From: Hypanus sabinus
Lineage: Eukaryota
Assembly (NCBI RefSeq): GCF_030144855.1
Contig: NC_082719.1
Span: forward strand, 62,682,001-62,746,000
DNA length: 64,000 nucleotides
Direction: 5' to 3'
Shown here: positions 1 through 13,500 of the stretch, one piece after another
Position numbering within the stretch: position 1 is the stretch's first letter
Layout of the letters: the number at the start of each line of letters is the position of its first letter
Position numbers and translations under genes: made by a program
The notes under the pieces: generated by a model
The model's database searches: none
Seen by the model: the letters and a program-made list of their open reading frames with translations, nothing else
Told to the model about the DNA's origin: nothing

Positions 1-455
1 TATTTGTAGCAATATGTACCGTGACTCCCAACTGTTTAGTACCCCCCACCCACAAATGCTGTGGACCTGATCAGAGACGTCCATGACTTTGGCATCTGGG
101 AAGCAACATACCATCTGGGTATCTCGTTCACGTCCACAGAATCTTGTGCCTGCTCCTCCAAAGATGGAATCCCCTATCACTACAGCACTCCTCTTCTCCC
201 CCTTCTTTTTTGAGCCACAGAACTAGACTCAGTACCAGAGACCTGGTCAATGTGGGTTTCCACTGACAGGTCACCACCAACAGCATCAAAAGTGTTATAT
301 TGTTATTGAGGGGAATGGCCACAGGGGTACTCCACACTACTTATATTCCCTTTCTCTCTCCTGATAGTCATCCACCTATCTGCCTCCTGCAATTTAGGGG
401 TGACTACCCCTGTAACTCCTACATATCACCACCTCATTCTCCCACATGAGCCATA
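1..455 (-). mobile_element. Degraded CR1 ORF1-region fragment
   Basis: Sequence resembles the CR1 ORF1 segment at 5100-5300. Confidence 0.55.
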
Positions 456-1419
456 CATTAAATGTACATTTAATTTTAATTAAATATAGCAGATTTTGTC
501 ATGAATCATAGATAAGAGCTATATGAAACTGATTTTGTTTTGAAGCAATAAAGACTATTTAAATTACAGTATCTACAGTCCATACAAAATAGACTTTCTG
601 GTAATGATGACTACACCAACGTAATACATCTTATTGGTTTATAAAACAATGTATTTCTCATTTGCGCCAGAATTAATCTCAAATTTTAAAAAAATCTAAG
701 TAACAGCACCTGTAATCAAGAAGGTACAATTTCCAGGTTCTGCAAACTGGCAGCTTAATGGGCAAGCTTAAATTTATTTTAAATCAGCTTCAGATTTTAT
801 GAAAATGAAAAAGTATACATGACTTCTGAAGATCTGCAGATTCTTTAGAGAGAGGGGATTAGCATGTGATGAAGAAATATTTGAGTAAATGCAATAAAGT
901 TTGAAAACAAGAACACCCAGACTAGGGCCCTTGGGCCCAATGTACCACAGAGCCACCCTTGGCTTGGCCTTCTGTGGAGGAGCACCCCAAAGGGGAATTT
1001 CAGATGTTTTACTGCTCCTGTGGAATCTAGATAAAAAAAATTAAAGTAGATATTCAGAAAGGTGTACATTTCAAGCACATTAGCAGTGGCCCCAATAGGT
1101 TAGGAACTTAAAACTAATGCTGAAGCACAAAACTCAAACCTTCAGTTAAAACCTGTATCAGTGATCCTGCAGATATCATATGAATGATAGAATTTTGTAC
1201 AGATGTAAGCATTTACACATTGACTATTGCAGGTTACCAACAATTTTAACCTGTAGTCAGCTACCTTAACTTTAAAATAACGCAACAACACCTTGGCTTG
1301 AGGACATTCCAGAGTTGTTAAGGCACAAAAGGCTAGAAGTGTAGGGGCTGAAACCAGTGGTGCAACAACATTGGTGTGAGGGGAAGATACAACTTCTAAA
1401 TACACAAAATAAGGAGGAA

Positions 1420-1745
1420 CATTCAGGGAATGCTGATCTTTATTGCAAGGGACAATGAGTATAAAAGTAGAAGAGGTTTTAATGTAACCTTGCAGAACTC
1501 TGGTGACAATGTATTTTGAATACTATGTATAGTTTTGCTCTTCATATTCAAAAATGACTACTTGCGTTGGAAGCAATACAAGGAAAGGTTCAGCAATTTC
1601 AAACTACATGCCATTATTGGAATTTAGAAAAATGAGGGGCGATATTATTAAAATACACTAGGTCCTGAGGGGAATTGATAGGGTGGATGCTGACAGGATG
1701 CTTCTCCTAATTGGAGCTGTTTTGAACCAGGGACGTAACTTCATA
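1420..1745 (+). mobile_element. Old CR1 3' RT fragment
   Basis: Degenerate EYKS...LV..EY..QF and RGD-like segments. Confidence 0.6.
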
Positions 1746-2685
1746 ATGGTGAGTTACACCCAAGGGTCTGAGTTACATCTGAGGGGCTGATTAGTTCACT
1801 CCTGCTTTCTCCTTTAACTGAAGATCCTACAAGGTTATCTACAAGTCATACAAAAGAAGTATACCTGTTGGGCAACATGGGATAACGACAGTGATGCTCT
1901 TACTCTGAGAAGACATGGTTGGTAAAAGAAGCTGTAAGTATATGAGGTATTGGAAGAGCCAAAGGAAGTAGGAGAGTCAGTGGCAGGAAGTGGTATTTTT
2001 CCACAGGAATCAGTTGTGTAGCAGTGGAAAGCACAACATCCATATTGAAAATCAGAGAACAATGAGATGAAAATATGACATAATGTAAATGTAAATGGAG
2101 GCAGCTGAGAGGGAATGGCTTTTATTGTTATGGCCATAAGATTATGTCTATTCATTTCTCAAGCCATACATGATGGTAAATAAGTTAAATTTGATTAAAA
2201 AAGTACATTGTCAATTATATTTCTTAATTGTATGTATAAATCTAAAATCTTACTATGACTGGAATGCCGACATTACTGTTGGAGTTATTCACCCAAAACA
2301 ATGTTCACTGATACAAATCCCAAATGTGTCAGCCATTATGTACCATGCAAAATTAATATGAAACAAGTACTGAATGTGCAGCTAAAGCTTTTTACTTTTA
2401 CTTCAATAAAATCAGATGGCTTGTTCACATTGTAATCCCAGCTCATCCAGCTACAGAAAATTGTCGACAAATTAAACAATGTCCACTAGTAAAAATATGT
2501 ATCTAACAGACAATGCTGTTAAAAATGTTCTAAACAATACATTTTTTTTAGAAAAACAAATAATCTGTAGTTGTTATATTTGCTAAAAGCTATGAGCAAA
2601 GAGATTTGTATGACTTCAAAACAAACAAATAAATAAGAAATTAACTTCAGAACCTTTAGTGGTAAAATTAATTACACGTACTTAC

Positions 2686-2730
2686 TTCAGCATTGTAGAA
2701 CTTGGTCTTCACATCAAGTGGTTTAAGAAC
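2686..2730 (-). CDS. TRAPPC13: TRAPPC13 exon 7 (VLKPLDVKTKFYNAE, 45 nt); gene continues beyond position 1
   Basis: cacag acceptor, gtaag donor; peptide match. Confidence 0.95.
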
Positions 2731-4279
2731 CTGTGTAAACAGAGTGGGCAAGCTGAAGACTGATTTCACTGGTAGATCATCCATCAGAAAGAAGTCTTAG
2801 ATTTAGGTGTGGACTAAATCACACCAATGTAAGATGTCACTCTGTGACAAAAAAGTTGGACTTCTATTTTAAATAATGTTAGAAAAAGTAAAATATACAA
2901 CAAACCAATTAAATAAAACATTAAAGATTACTTGCCACAAAAAACCTATTCATTGTAGAAAATGTTAGGAATCATGTGGTCTTGAAGCCTTCAAAAACAA
3001 ATTCACCACACAGATTCTTAGGGATTTAAAAGTTTTATAGCCAGTGCACCAATTAGTCTTCTGTGTTCCACGTCAAAATATTGCACTAGCCTTCTAACTT
3101 CACAACCGTTTCTAACCAGAAGATGCCAAATATTTTTTGCATTAGGCTATAATTATTTGTAGGTGTTAAAAGTCTCAACAAAAAACAAACATGCAATACA
3201 AACTGTAGTAGCATTACCCACTAACATTAAAGCTATCTAATCTCTTATCTGTATGGCCACAGTTGCATCAAATCGCTATTTATTCTCAGCAACAAATGGA
3301 GATAAAAGAAATACACAAATACAGATATAATGAATTATATTAAAGCTCTTACTGTTGTACCATAGATAATTCCGATTAAACTATTGATACATTCACAGTG
3401 CTTTAAAATACAAGCAAAACACTACCACAAAGAAACAACATTTTCCCAAATGCTAAATAAGCAAATACCAAGGGTTTTGGAATTCGGAGGTTTGGTCTCG
3501 TGCTTTTTAAAATCTATTGTTAGGACTTAGGCATCACTGCAAAACCACCATCTATTACTCGTTCTTAACTACTGCACAGGAGGCGATCATGAGTGTCAGA
3601 ATTTAGTGTCAGCAATGACAGAGGAAGAATGATGCGATTCCAGTTTAGAATTGTGTGCAATTAGAAGCATGATATGCACCCAATGACATTACCCTTCTTG
3701 AAGGCACAAGAAGTGCTGTCCAAACCACATGCAAGTAATTGCAATGCATTTTCTGGATGGTACACACTAAAGCCACAATCTGCTTGTTGGTGCCAAACAG
3801 TAGGCAACTGTTTTGCATTAAATTTCAACTTTTTGAGAGTTCATGCAGAAGCACACATCCAGGCAACCACAGACAATTCCATATGACTTTTCATTTGAAT
3901 CTTGTACTTGGTAGAAAGATGGAGTGATAAGAGTTGGAATTACTCATTGCAAGATACCCAGCTTCTGACCTGCTCTTGTAGTAGGTAGGTTTCTGAATAG
4001 CAATGGCTCAGATGATGTCGATAGTGAGGAACTTGGTGATGATAATGCAATTGGATATCATTTATTTTTATTTTATTTACAGATACAGCACCATAACTGG
4101 ACTTTCCAGCCTAATGAGCCCATTCTACCGAATACTTCCATGTGACCATTAACCTAACCCATATATCTTTGAAATGTCTGAGGAAAAGCACTGTCACGGG
4201 AAGATGTACAAACTGCTTAGAGACAAAGGCATAACTGAAATGGTTGCCCACCCTGAGAGATCTGTTACCTGACCAGGCA

Positions 4280-5298
4280 CATTGTCTTATACGAGATCCA
4301 GCAACAGCTCTCCTCTAGTTGGTCCCTTCAGACATTTTAATCGGGATAAAATCCTTCTTGGATGCACCTTATAAGTTCTGCCCCAACTAAACTTCTTGCA
4401 CGAAGGAGGTGTCAATTAATATTAGGGAAGTTGAAGTCTCCTACAACAACTGTTATTTTTGCAACCTTTCAAAACATGCCTACTAATCTGATCCTCAGGA
4501 GTCCCTGTTACTATTTGGTGGCCTATAGAATACTATTAAAGTGATTGTTCTATTCCTGTTTCTGACTTCCACCTGCACTGACTCAGTAGATAGCGTCCCT
4601 GATTAGCAATGCCACTTCCCCACCCCTTTTACTTCCTTCCCTGTCCTTTTTGAAACATTTAAACCCCAGAACATCCAGTAATCATTCCTGCCCTTGTGAC
4701 AGCCAGCCTCTGTAATGGCCATAACATCGCATCTAAAAGCACTGATCCATGCTCTGAGTTCTCACAAAGTAAACACATTTCAATCCATCCAACTGACTAC
4801 ATTTATCCTTCCTCAGTCTCTCTATATATTGCATCTAACTTTACACCAACTGCCCAATTATCTGACTTAACACTCTGGTTCTCATCCCCAGCAGCTCTAG
4901 GGAACTGCCTGCAAGAACATTGGTCCCTCTTATATTCAAGTGACAAGTACCCCTTTGATACAGGTCATACTTTTCCAGAAAAAATCCCAATGATCCACAA
5001 ATCTGAAACACTGCTCCCTGCACCAGTTCTTCTGCCACACATTCATCTGCCATGTCATATTATTACCCTCATTGGTGCTTGGCACAGACAGCAAACCAAA
5101 GATTATGACACTTGAGTTCCTGCTTTTCAGCTTTATTTCTAATTCCCTATATTCACTTTTCAGGTTATCACCCTTTTTCCTACCCATGTCATTGGTACCA
5201 ATGCGCACCATGACTTCTGGCTGCTCACCCTCCCTCTTAGGAATGCCATGGACTCAATCTGGAATGTCCCTGACCCTGCCACCTGGGAGGCAGCATAC
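4280..5298 (-). mobile_element. CR1 ORF1 (SGNH/GDSL-esterase-like) plus start of ORF2, degraded
   Basis: ORF 4936..5211 contains IGTND...LKSR...GLL.VP, typical of the CR1 ORF1 esterase; GDFNFPNI-like APE segment downstream. Confidence 0.8.
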
Positions 5299-5405
5299 TG
5301 TATATTGCCTCCCAGGTGCCAGTGTTAGGAACATCACAGACTGAATCCACGGAATTCTTAAGGAGTAAGGTGAGCCAACAAAACAATTCCAATCCCAATT
5401 CCTAC

Positions 5406-5478
5406 CTGAAATTTGAAGAACTTTCGAAAGTACATCTTCTCTCCAGCTTGTGTTGTATAGCTAACTGCACAGACTAAG
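5406..5478 (-). CDS. TRAPPC13: TRAPPC13 exon 6 ([24 protein letters not shown], 73 nt)
   Basis: tgcag acceptor, gtagg donor; FRKFFKFQ motif. Confidence 0.96.
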
Positions 5479-7245
5479 CTGCAAAAGTCAAAAATTAAAA
5501 TTAATAAAATGTATGCCACACAATATACAATTAATCAAATTGGTTTAATAGTTTAATCAGGGAAACAAGGTTTATTATCTTAAAATTGTAGAAAATAACA
5601 GGAAAACTATTAAATTACCTTAGTAAATGTATCTCAAGGTAAATTTAGAGCCTGTACAGAAAATAGTGCTCAGCCCACCACAACCACACTGACCTTTGCC
5701 CACCTATACCAATTCTATTTCCCTACATTAGGTTTCTAGGTCTTGGCTACTTAAATGTTAGTCTTGATGCTTCTAAAGGTATAATTGTTTCTGCCTCCTC
5801 CACTTCTTTGGAATATATTCCAGACATCAGCCACTGTGTGTGGAAAATAAACTTCCCTCTTCTCCTTTCTAAACGACCTCCCTCTCCCCGTAAGCTACAC
5901 TTTCATTTTAGACAACCCCATCATGAGATTCCTAAAATCTACCCTATATATGCCTCACATAATTTTGAGTGTCTCAAATTTATATTCCTCTATCAGGTCA
6001 CCCTCGGCCTCCTTCACTTCAGAGAAAACAAGCAGTACATCCAACATCACCCTGTAGATAAAACTCTCCAACCCAAGCAACATCCCATTGAATCTCTGCA
6101 CCATTTCCAACATAATCATTAATATGTGGTGATCAGACAGGCCACAATATTTCAAATGCAACCTAACAAATGTATTGTCAGCTTGTAATGTGAAATCCCA
6201 AGTCTTTCATGAATGCAATATATTCTATGATGAATGCAACTATCCACCCTGTTGCCACCTTCAGAGAACTGTGGACTTGTATCCCAAGGTCCTTCTGTTC
6301 CTCAGCATTGGTTACTATAATCCTAACCATATTTGATTTTCCAAAATGGAAAACTTGCAGTTGTTGGGATTAAATTCCATTTGCCATTGTTCTAACCCCT
6401 CCCCAATTTATGTTTAACCTGCTGTAAAGTTTGAAATCAAATTTCAGTGCTCAGTTAAAAATGAGTAAAATTATTAATGCAATTTACCACTAAAGCCGAT
6501 TAATATTCAAAATAATTGCTATAGTGAGAGTTAGGGAGCAAAAGGAAATAAATTATATTGAGACCTGATGAAGGATCTTAGCCAAAACATCAAATGTTTA
6601 TTTCATTTCCATGGATGCTGCCTGGCCTGCTAAGTTCCTCCAGCATTTTTTGTGTGTTGATCTGGATTTCCAGCATCTGCAGAGTCTCGTGTTTATAGAT
6701 CTTGACTTTTCTTATATTCTTGCTTACTAGCACAGACCTATAATTTAGCTCCAAAATAACTGAACTAACCACTAAATTCAAAGGTACTTCCCACAATAAC
6801 TTAGCAATCCCTTTAGCACATCCATTAGGTCATGTGTCAGTTTAAAAGATCCATGCCACCCATCAATAATCAAACTGCCTAATCATATTAAATTATCACA
6901 CCAGTCCAGGAAGAAAAGGAAAGCGTAAAAAATTCCATTATATTATAAAGAGCTTTAAATAGTTTCAAACAGATTTAAAAGATTAAGGTTAACTATGAAA
7001 GCAATTTTAAGACATTCCTTAAACTGAAATATTTTTATTATGAAACTGTAATAGGAAAACTAATATACATTTGCAAAAAAAGGTACTCTATGATGGCATT
7101 AGGATTGTTGCATATGTGTTTTTTTTTAAATGAATAACAACACTCAGACATTAAAACTTTCCACAAGATTTTTTCCAGACATTACATAGTGATACTAGAT
7201 TGCAAATAATTTAGTTAATACAATTCTAAACTATTTTCTTTTATT

Positions 7246-9944
7246 ATGTTGGTGAGGAATGAGATTCAGTCCTTAGCAAGAGGTGACTTGGGAACAGGGG
7301 AAGTAGAGTCTGTGTGGATTGAGCTGAGGAACAGTAAGGGTAAAAAGACCCTAATGGGTGTTGTGTACAGGCCCCCAAACAGTAGCGTGGATATTGGGTA
7401 CAAGTTGATTAGGGAGTTAACATTGGCATGTGCTAAAGGTAATGCAGTCGTTATGGGAGATTTCAACATGCAGGTGGACTGGGAGAATCAGGTAGGTGCT
7501 GGACCCCAGGATAGGGAGTTTGTGGAGTGTCTACGGGATGTATTTTTGGAACAGCTTGTGCTTGAGCCAACCAGGAACGAGGCTATTTTGGACTTGGTGA
7601 TGTGTAATGAACAGGAATTGATAAGTGATCTTGAAGTAAAGGAGCCATTAGGAAGTAGTGATCATAACATGATAAGTTTTTATCTACAATTTGAGAGGGA
7701 TAGGGGCAGATCAGAGGTGTCACTGTTGCAATTAAATAAAGGAGACTACGGAGCCATGAGGGAAGAGCTGGCCAAAGTTAAATGGGCGGATGCCCTGGCA
7801 GGAAAGACAGTGGATTAGCAGTGGCAGATATTCTTGGGCATAATACAAAAGATGCAAATGCAGTTCATTCCAATGAGAAGGAAGGATTCAAAGAGGGGGA
7901 AGGGGCCACAGTGGTTGACAAAGGAAGTCAGAGATTGTATAGCATTAAAGAAAAAGAAGTATGACAGGGCTAAGATGAGTGGGAATACAGATGATTGGGA
8001 AAGTTTTAAGGAGCAGCAGATCTTAACTAAAAAAGCAATACGGAGAGAAAAAATCAGGTATGAGCTCAGTCTAGCCTGGAATATAAAAGGGGATAGCAAA
8101 AGCTTTTTTAGGTATGTGAAGAAAAAGAAGATAGTTAAGAACAATGTTGGCCCCTTGAAGAATGAATTGGGAGAAATTGTTATGGGAAACAGGGAAATGG
8201 CAACAGAATTTAATGCATACTTTAGATCTGTCTTCACCAGGGAGCACACAAGCAATCTCCCAGATGTATGGATGGGCCAGGGTCATAAGATATCTGAGGA
8301 ATTGAGACAGATTGACATTAGGAAAGAAACTGTGATGAGTAGACTGGTAGGACTGAAGGCTAATAAATCCCCGGGTCCAGATGGTCTGCATCCGAGGGTT
8401 CTAAAAGAGGTGGCTCAGGAAATTGCGGATGCATTGGTAATCATTTTCCAATGTTCCTTAGATTCAGGATCAGTTCCTGAAGATTGGAGAGTGGCTAATG
8501 TTGTCCCACTTTTCAAGAAGGGAGGGAAGGAGAAAACAGAGAACTATCGCCCTGTTAGCCTAACGTCAGTCGTGGGGAAGATGCTTGAGTCCATTATTAA
8601 GGACGAAATAGTGGCACATCTAGATGGCAGAAATAGGATTAGGCCGTGCCAGCATGGATTTACCAAGGGCAAATCATGCTTGACTAATCTGTTGGAGTTT
8701 TTTGAGGGTGTAGCAAGGATGTTAGACGAGGGTAAGCCAGTGGATATTGTGTACCTAGATTTTCAGAAGGCATTCGATAAGGTGCCACATAGGAGATTGG
8801 TGAGTAAAATCAGAGCTCATGGCATTGGGGGCAGGGTTTCAACATGGATAGAAAACTGGTTGGCAGATAGAAAGCAAAGGGTAGCAGTGAATGGGTGTTT
8901 CTCGGACTGGCTGGAGGTGACTAGTGGGGTACCACAGGGCTCTGTATTGGGACCACATCTCTTTACGATTTATGTCAATGATTTAGATGAGGGCATTGAA
9001 AACTATATCAGCAAGTTTGCTGACGATACTAAACTGGGTGGCAGTGTGACATGCGAAGAGGACGTTAGGAGAATACAGGGAGACTTGGTTAGGCTGAGTG
9101 AGTGGGCAGATACTTGGCAGATGTCATTCAATGTGAATAAATGTGAAGTTATCCACTTTGGAAGCTGGAACAAGAGGGCAGAGTATTGTCTGAACGGTGT
9201 CGAGTTAGGTAAGGGAGAAATGCAAAGAGACCTAGGAGTCCTAGTTCACCAGTCAATGAAGGTGAATGAGCAAGTGCAACAGGCAGTGAAGAGGGCAAAT
9301 GGAATGTTGGCCTTTGTTACAAGGGGAATTGAATACAAGAGCAAGGATGTTCTTTTGCATTTGTACAGGGCCCTGGTGAGACCACACCTGGAATATTGTG
9401 TACAGTTTTGGTCTCCAGGTTTAAGGAAGGACATTCTGGCAATTGAGGAAGTGCAGCGTAGATTCACTAGGTTGATTCCTGGGATGGCAGGGCTGTCTTA
9501 CGCAGAGAGATTGGAGAGATTGGGCTTGTACACGCTGGAATTGAGGAGATTGAGAGGGGATCTGATTGAAACGTTTAAGATAATTAAAGGATTTGATAGG
9601 ATTGAGGCAGGAAATATGTTCCAGATGTTGGGAGAGTCCAGTACCAGAGGGCATGGATTGAGACTAAGAGGTCAGTTATTTAAAACAGAGTTGAGGAAGA
9701 GCTTCTTCTCCCAGAGAGTTGTGGAGGTGTGGAATGCACTGCCTCGGAAGACGGTGGAGGCCAATTCTCTGGATGCTTTCAAGAAGGAGCTGGATAGATA
9801 TCTGATGGATAGGGGAATCAAGGGATATGGGGACAAGGCAGGGACTGGGTATTGATAGTGAATGATCAGCCATGATCTCAGAATGGCGGTGCAGACTCGA
9901 GGGGCCAAATGGTCTACTTCTGCATCTATTGTCTATTGTCTATT
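7246..9944 (+). mobile_element. Young 5'-truncated CR1 LINE: APE endonuclease C-terminal part plus complete reverse transcriptase, with one in-frame stop at 7816-7818
   Basis: ORFs 7246..7818 and 7834..9855 are in the same frame; motifs MGDFN, SDH, GVPQGSVLGP, KFADD; 3' tail (TCTATTG)n; antisense within TRAPPC13 intron 5. Confidence 0.96.
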
Positions 9945-11253
9945 ATGCTGCTGAAATCAGCAATCAATGCATTCTATTGAGGGCTCAATCATTGTCAGCA
10001 ACTTGAGATTTCCATATAAGCTGTGCATCAAGAAACTAAAATACTGTCAGCATTTTAAAATAACGCAGATGCCTGCTATATCACTGGTTAAGTTCAAGAA
10101 CAAGGCTCATGAAGCAAACTCAAATTAGGCAAATAGACTAAGATGCTGAGGATTTGAAGTTTTAAAAATGCACATCAACACAAATTAGCAGAAAAAGGGA
10201 CAGCCCAATAGATTTCTAAGTAGCATATATTGCAATTTTACTACTTAGGTCAGCAAAATTAGTAAATTATATAATAAACTGAAAAAAAAGTAACAATGAG
10301 TTTAGATTCTATGTATTATTCTTTCATGGATCAAATTTCTTAAAAATTGATTTCTAACTCAAAGGGAATTGTGATGTGTGTTTAGTCTGATAATCTTCAC
10401 CTCCAATTCTAAATTCTTTAGTTACTAAAGAAACTATTATTTTATTTCTATCCTAATGAATCTCACAGTCTAAACATTGTAACCTTTTTTAGATGCAAGC
10501 AAAGGGAGAGAAAACAAGCTTTGAAAGGCAGCAATGTATTTCAACTCCTACTCCAGTTTTATTGGCTCCAGAGCAAATAGAGTAAAATGGGAAATGGCCA
10601 TTCACTACTCTGCATAAAACAACTTACAGACAGCTACTGGGAAATGAGAATAATGTGTTCTGATTTCTTCAACTCACCCCTGAAATATTTATGTGCCCAG
10701 TTTTTATGCTACATTTTCCCCTTCTACACAGTTTAACTTGGGTCAAAGACATAATAGTTGTGCATTAATCCTATGCTATAGATTTGTGTCTCAATATTCA
10801 GTTAGACTGTAAAATTTGTGTATTTAAGTAAATTTTAAAAAATTCTAATATTTAATTTTTAACCCTATCTTTTTTTTTTCAAACCAACATTTCAGTAATA
10901 TATTTCTGACATGAAAATTGTACTTGCTTGGAAAGAATACAATTTTTGACCAAAGTATTACAATTAATCACAAGTACTCTCTTAATAAAATAGCAATACG
11001 AGATTAAAAACTCATGACTACATTAATAATTTTAATTGCTGATGGCATACAAAACTCTGAAATGATGACACACTGCAAATCGCTGGAACATCCTTCTGCT
11101 CTGGGACCAGATGTAGCTGTTTATTTAAGAGGTTTGGCATAACTTTGCAGTTCTTTTACTATCACCAGGGTCTTTCTGTGGCTCTAGTTTTACATTGTTA
11201 TTCTCAGACAAACATACTTCAGACCCTCACTAAAATGAAAAAATAAAACTTAC

Positions 11254-11381
11254 ATGTGTGTTCCAATTTCCTTTACTTCATGATGAATTACATCATCAAT
11301 GCAACGATCAGGCTTAAGCTCAGCCACTGCAGCATTAGAGGCTGACAGGTTTAAACGCTGAGAGCTAGTCTGAAGGTCAGC
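11254..11381 (-). CDS. TRAPPC13: TRAPPC13 exon 5 ([42 protein letters not shown], 128 nt)
   Basis: tttag acceptor, gtaag donor; near-identical to the recalled ortholog peptide. Confidence 0.96.
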
Positions 11382-12289
11382 CTAAAAGAAAAATGGCTTA
11401 ATGATAGATTGAACACGTATTGTTTAATCAAAAAAAAGCAGTATTTTTGATCTGTAAAATCAATCCACAATCAAGAATATCTGAGAAAATGGCATCCAAA
11501 TATTCATGGCAACATCACAGAAACAGAAATTATAAAGCATTTTTCCACCATGAATTGGAGACATGGGTTTGCAGCCAGATTTTCCCCACACTTGGGTCAA
11601 AGTGACCAGGAGGTGCTAAAACTGAGCAGCAGGCCTAGTCTAGCATGAATTGATCCAATATCTTTTAGAGAAGGGAAATTAAAATACTGCCTATAGATTC
11701 TTAACTGGTCTGGTTAATTTCTGCTACAATGTAATTGACTCTGAACTGCCCTCTAAAGTGGCCTAGTAAATCTCCCTGCTGTACCATATCACAACAAACA
11801 GCAGAGGCTATCGTCGGAATATGGCAAAGGCCTATCCAGTCCAGTCATAAGCATCTGGGGTAGTGCAATAGATTAATAGAATCATACCTTTCAACCAGAA
11901 ACCCACTCTTCTATCACTGCCCAAGTATGTCCTGTACTAACTGCAGGACAGTGCCAAATGAAGCGGAAAACAACATGAGGAAGTCATTGGCATTACCTCT
12001 AGATCCCATGCAAGAGCTTTACTAGTTAACTAACACCAACTCATGCACTGGATGAATCAGCTTTCCTCCAATAACAGCACTCAGGATAGCAAATCCATGG
12101 ACATTCCAATGAGTGGACACCAAGAGAAGCCAGAAGATTAATTTACCTTTGAAGTCATTATTTTCTTCAAGACATCACTTGGAGTGGTTTTAAAAAAAAA
12201 AGGACACTCATCAACCACATTCTCAAGGGCAAACCGAAGAGCAGATCATTGACTCAAGAAGAGGAGCAATGCATGTGCTCCTGCCTATA

Positions 12290-12975
12290 ACAGTGCTAAG
12301 ATCAAGAGGATTGAGAGACTGAAGTTCCTAGAAGTGAACATCACCAATAACCTGTCCCAGTCCATCATGTTGACTTCATAGGCAAGAAAGCTCACTAACA
12401 GTTCAGGAGGCTAAAGAAGTTTAGCGTATTCCCATTGACTCTTACCAATTTGTATACAATGCACCATAAAAAGCATCCTATCTGGATACATCACAGCTTG
12501 GTATTACAACTGCTCCACATGTGACCACAAGAAACTACAGAGAGCACATCATGGAAACCAGCCTCCCCTCTGTGGACACTGTCTATAGTTTTCACTACCT
12601 CAGTAAAGTAGCCAGCATAATCAAGGACCTCGCCCACTCTGGATAACCTCTCATCTCCCCTCTACCATCAGACAGAAGATATAGAAGCCTGAAAGCACAT
12701 TTTGCAAAGCTCAAGGACAGCTTATACCCCACTGTAATCAGACAATTGAATGATTCCTTAATATGATAAGATGGATTCTTGACCTCAAAATCTGCCTCAT
12801 TATGACCTTACATTTTATTGTCTACCTGCACTTTCTCTGTAGCTGTAACACTTTAATCTGCATTGTTATTGTTTTATCTTGTACTATTTCAATGCATCGT
12901 GTAATTAACTGATCTGTATGAACAATACACAAGTTTTTCACTGTTCCTCAGTACATATGACAATAAACCAATTCC
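12290..12975 (+). mobile_element. Degraded Rex1/Babar-like LINE 3' fragment
   Basis: KFL.V.I..NL and ESILSG.ITAWY-like segments; tail ending ACAATAAAC. Confidence 0.7.
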
Positions 12976-13166
12976 AATTAATGACTGACACTTTTTCAAA
13001 AATAAAACAGCAAGTCCATCATTCTGCAACTGCATCTAAATCTCATGTAGGCAATTCTCAAGTAATCCAAATATATTCCTCAAATCATACTATACTTGTA
13101 CCTGAATATTTGCATTCCTCTCCCTCTTCCCCACCTTCTTATTCCGGCTTCTGACTCTGTTACTTC

Positions 13167-13280
13167 CAGTCCCATGAGGAGTCTCGGCTTGAAACGTCGA
13201 CTGTTTATTTCCCTCTACAGATACTACTTGACCTGCTGAGTTCCAGCAGCATTTTGTGTGTTGCGAAGATTTCCAGCATT
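13167..13280 (+). repeat. Penelope-associated terminal repeat with a hammerhead-like motif; sister copies near 6560-6695, 15096-15225, 42397-42495 and 48391-48505
   Basis: Shared GATGCTGCCTGGCCTGCTGAGTTCCTCCAGCATTTTGTGTG block preceded by a CAGTC..TGA..GAAA..GACTG-like motif. Confidence 0.8.
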
Positions 13281-13415
13281 CAGTGTCAAATAAGTGTGTT
13301 TATCAACAAGCACACAATATATCTAATGGGAAAACCGAAGTGTGCGTATTGATCTCCAAGTTGCTAAATCATGTCCGTACGCAAATCACATAGGGAATAC
13401 AGCTGATTTCCTCAC

Positions 13416-13500
13416 CTTAATTAAAATATCCTTAACAACTTGCACACTGTCATTATGTACACTGATATAGCTTGAAAAGGTTTCTCCTAAAAAAATATTC
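13416..13500 (-). CDS. TRAPPC13: TRAPPC13 exon 4 ([28 protein letters not shown], 85 nt)
   Basis: Poly-T tract with tag acceptor, gtgag donor; conserved IFLGETF motif. Confidence 0.96.

Noticed and set aside
1-2685. TRAPPC13 micro-exon (SDLSSV in human) and the following TDEVFLEAQ exon
   Set aside because: No match with splice sites found; they probably lie beyond the window edge, so absence cannot be claimed.
7834-9855. 673-aa reverse transcriptase as a host gene or novel RT system
   Set aside because: Ordinary CR1 ORF2 with a CR1 3' tail, 5' truncation and many relatives in the window.
8071-9908. Antisense ORFs over LINE copies and the many 60-160 aa ORFs elsewhere
   Set aside because: Shadow frames of transposon sequence or chance ORFs with non-ATG starts, with no splice or homology support.
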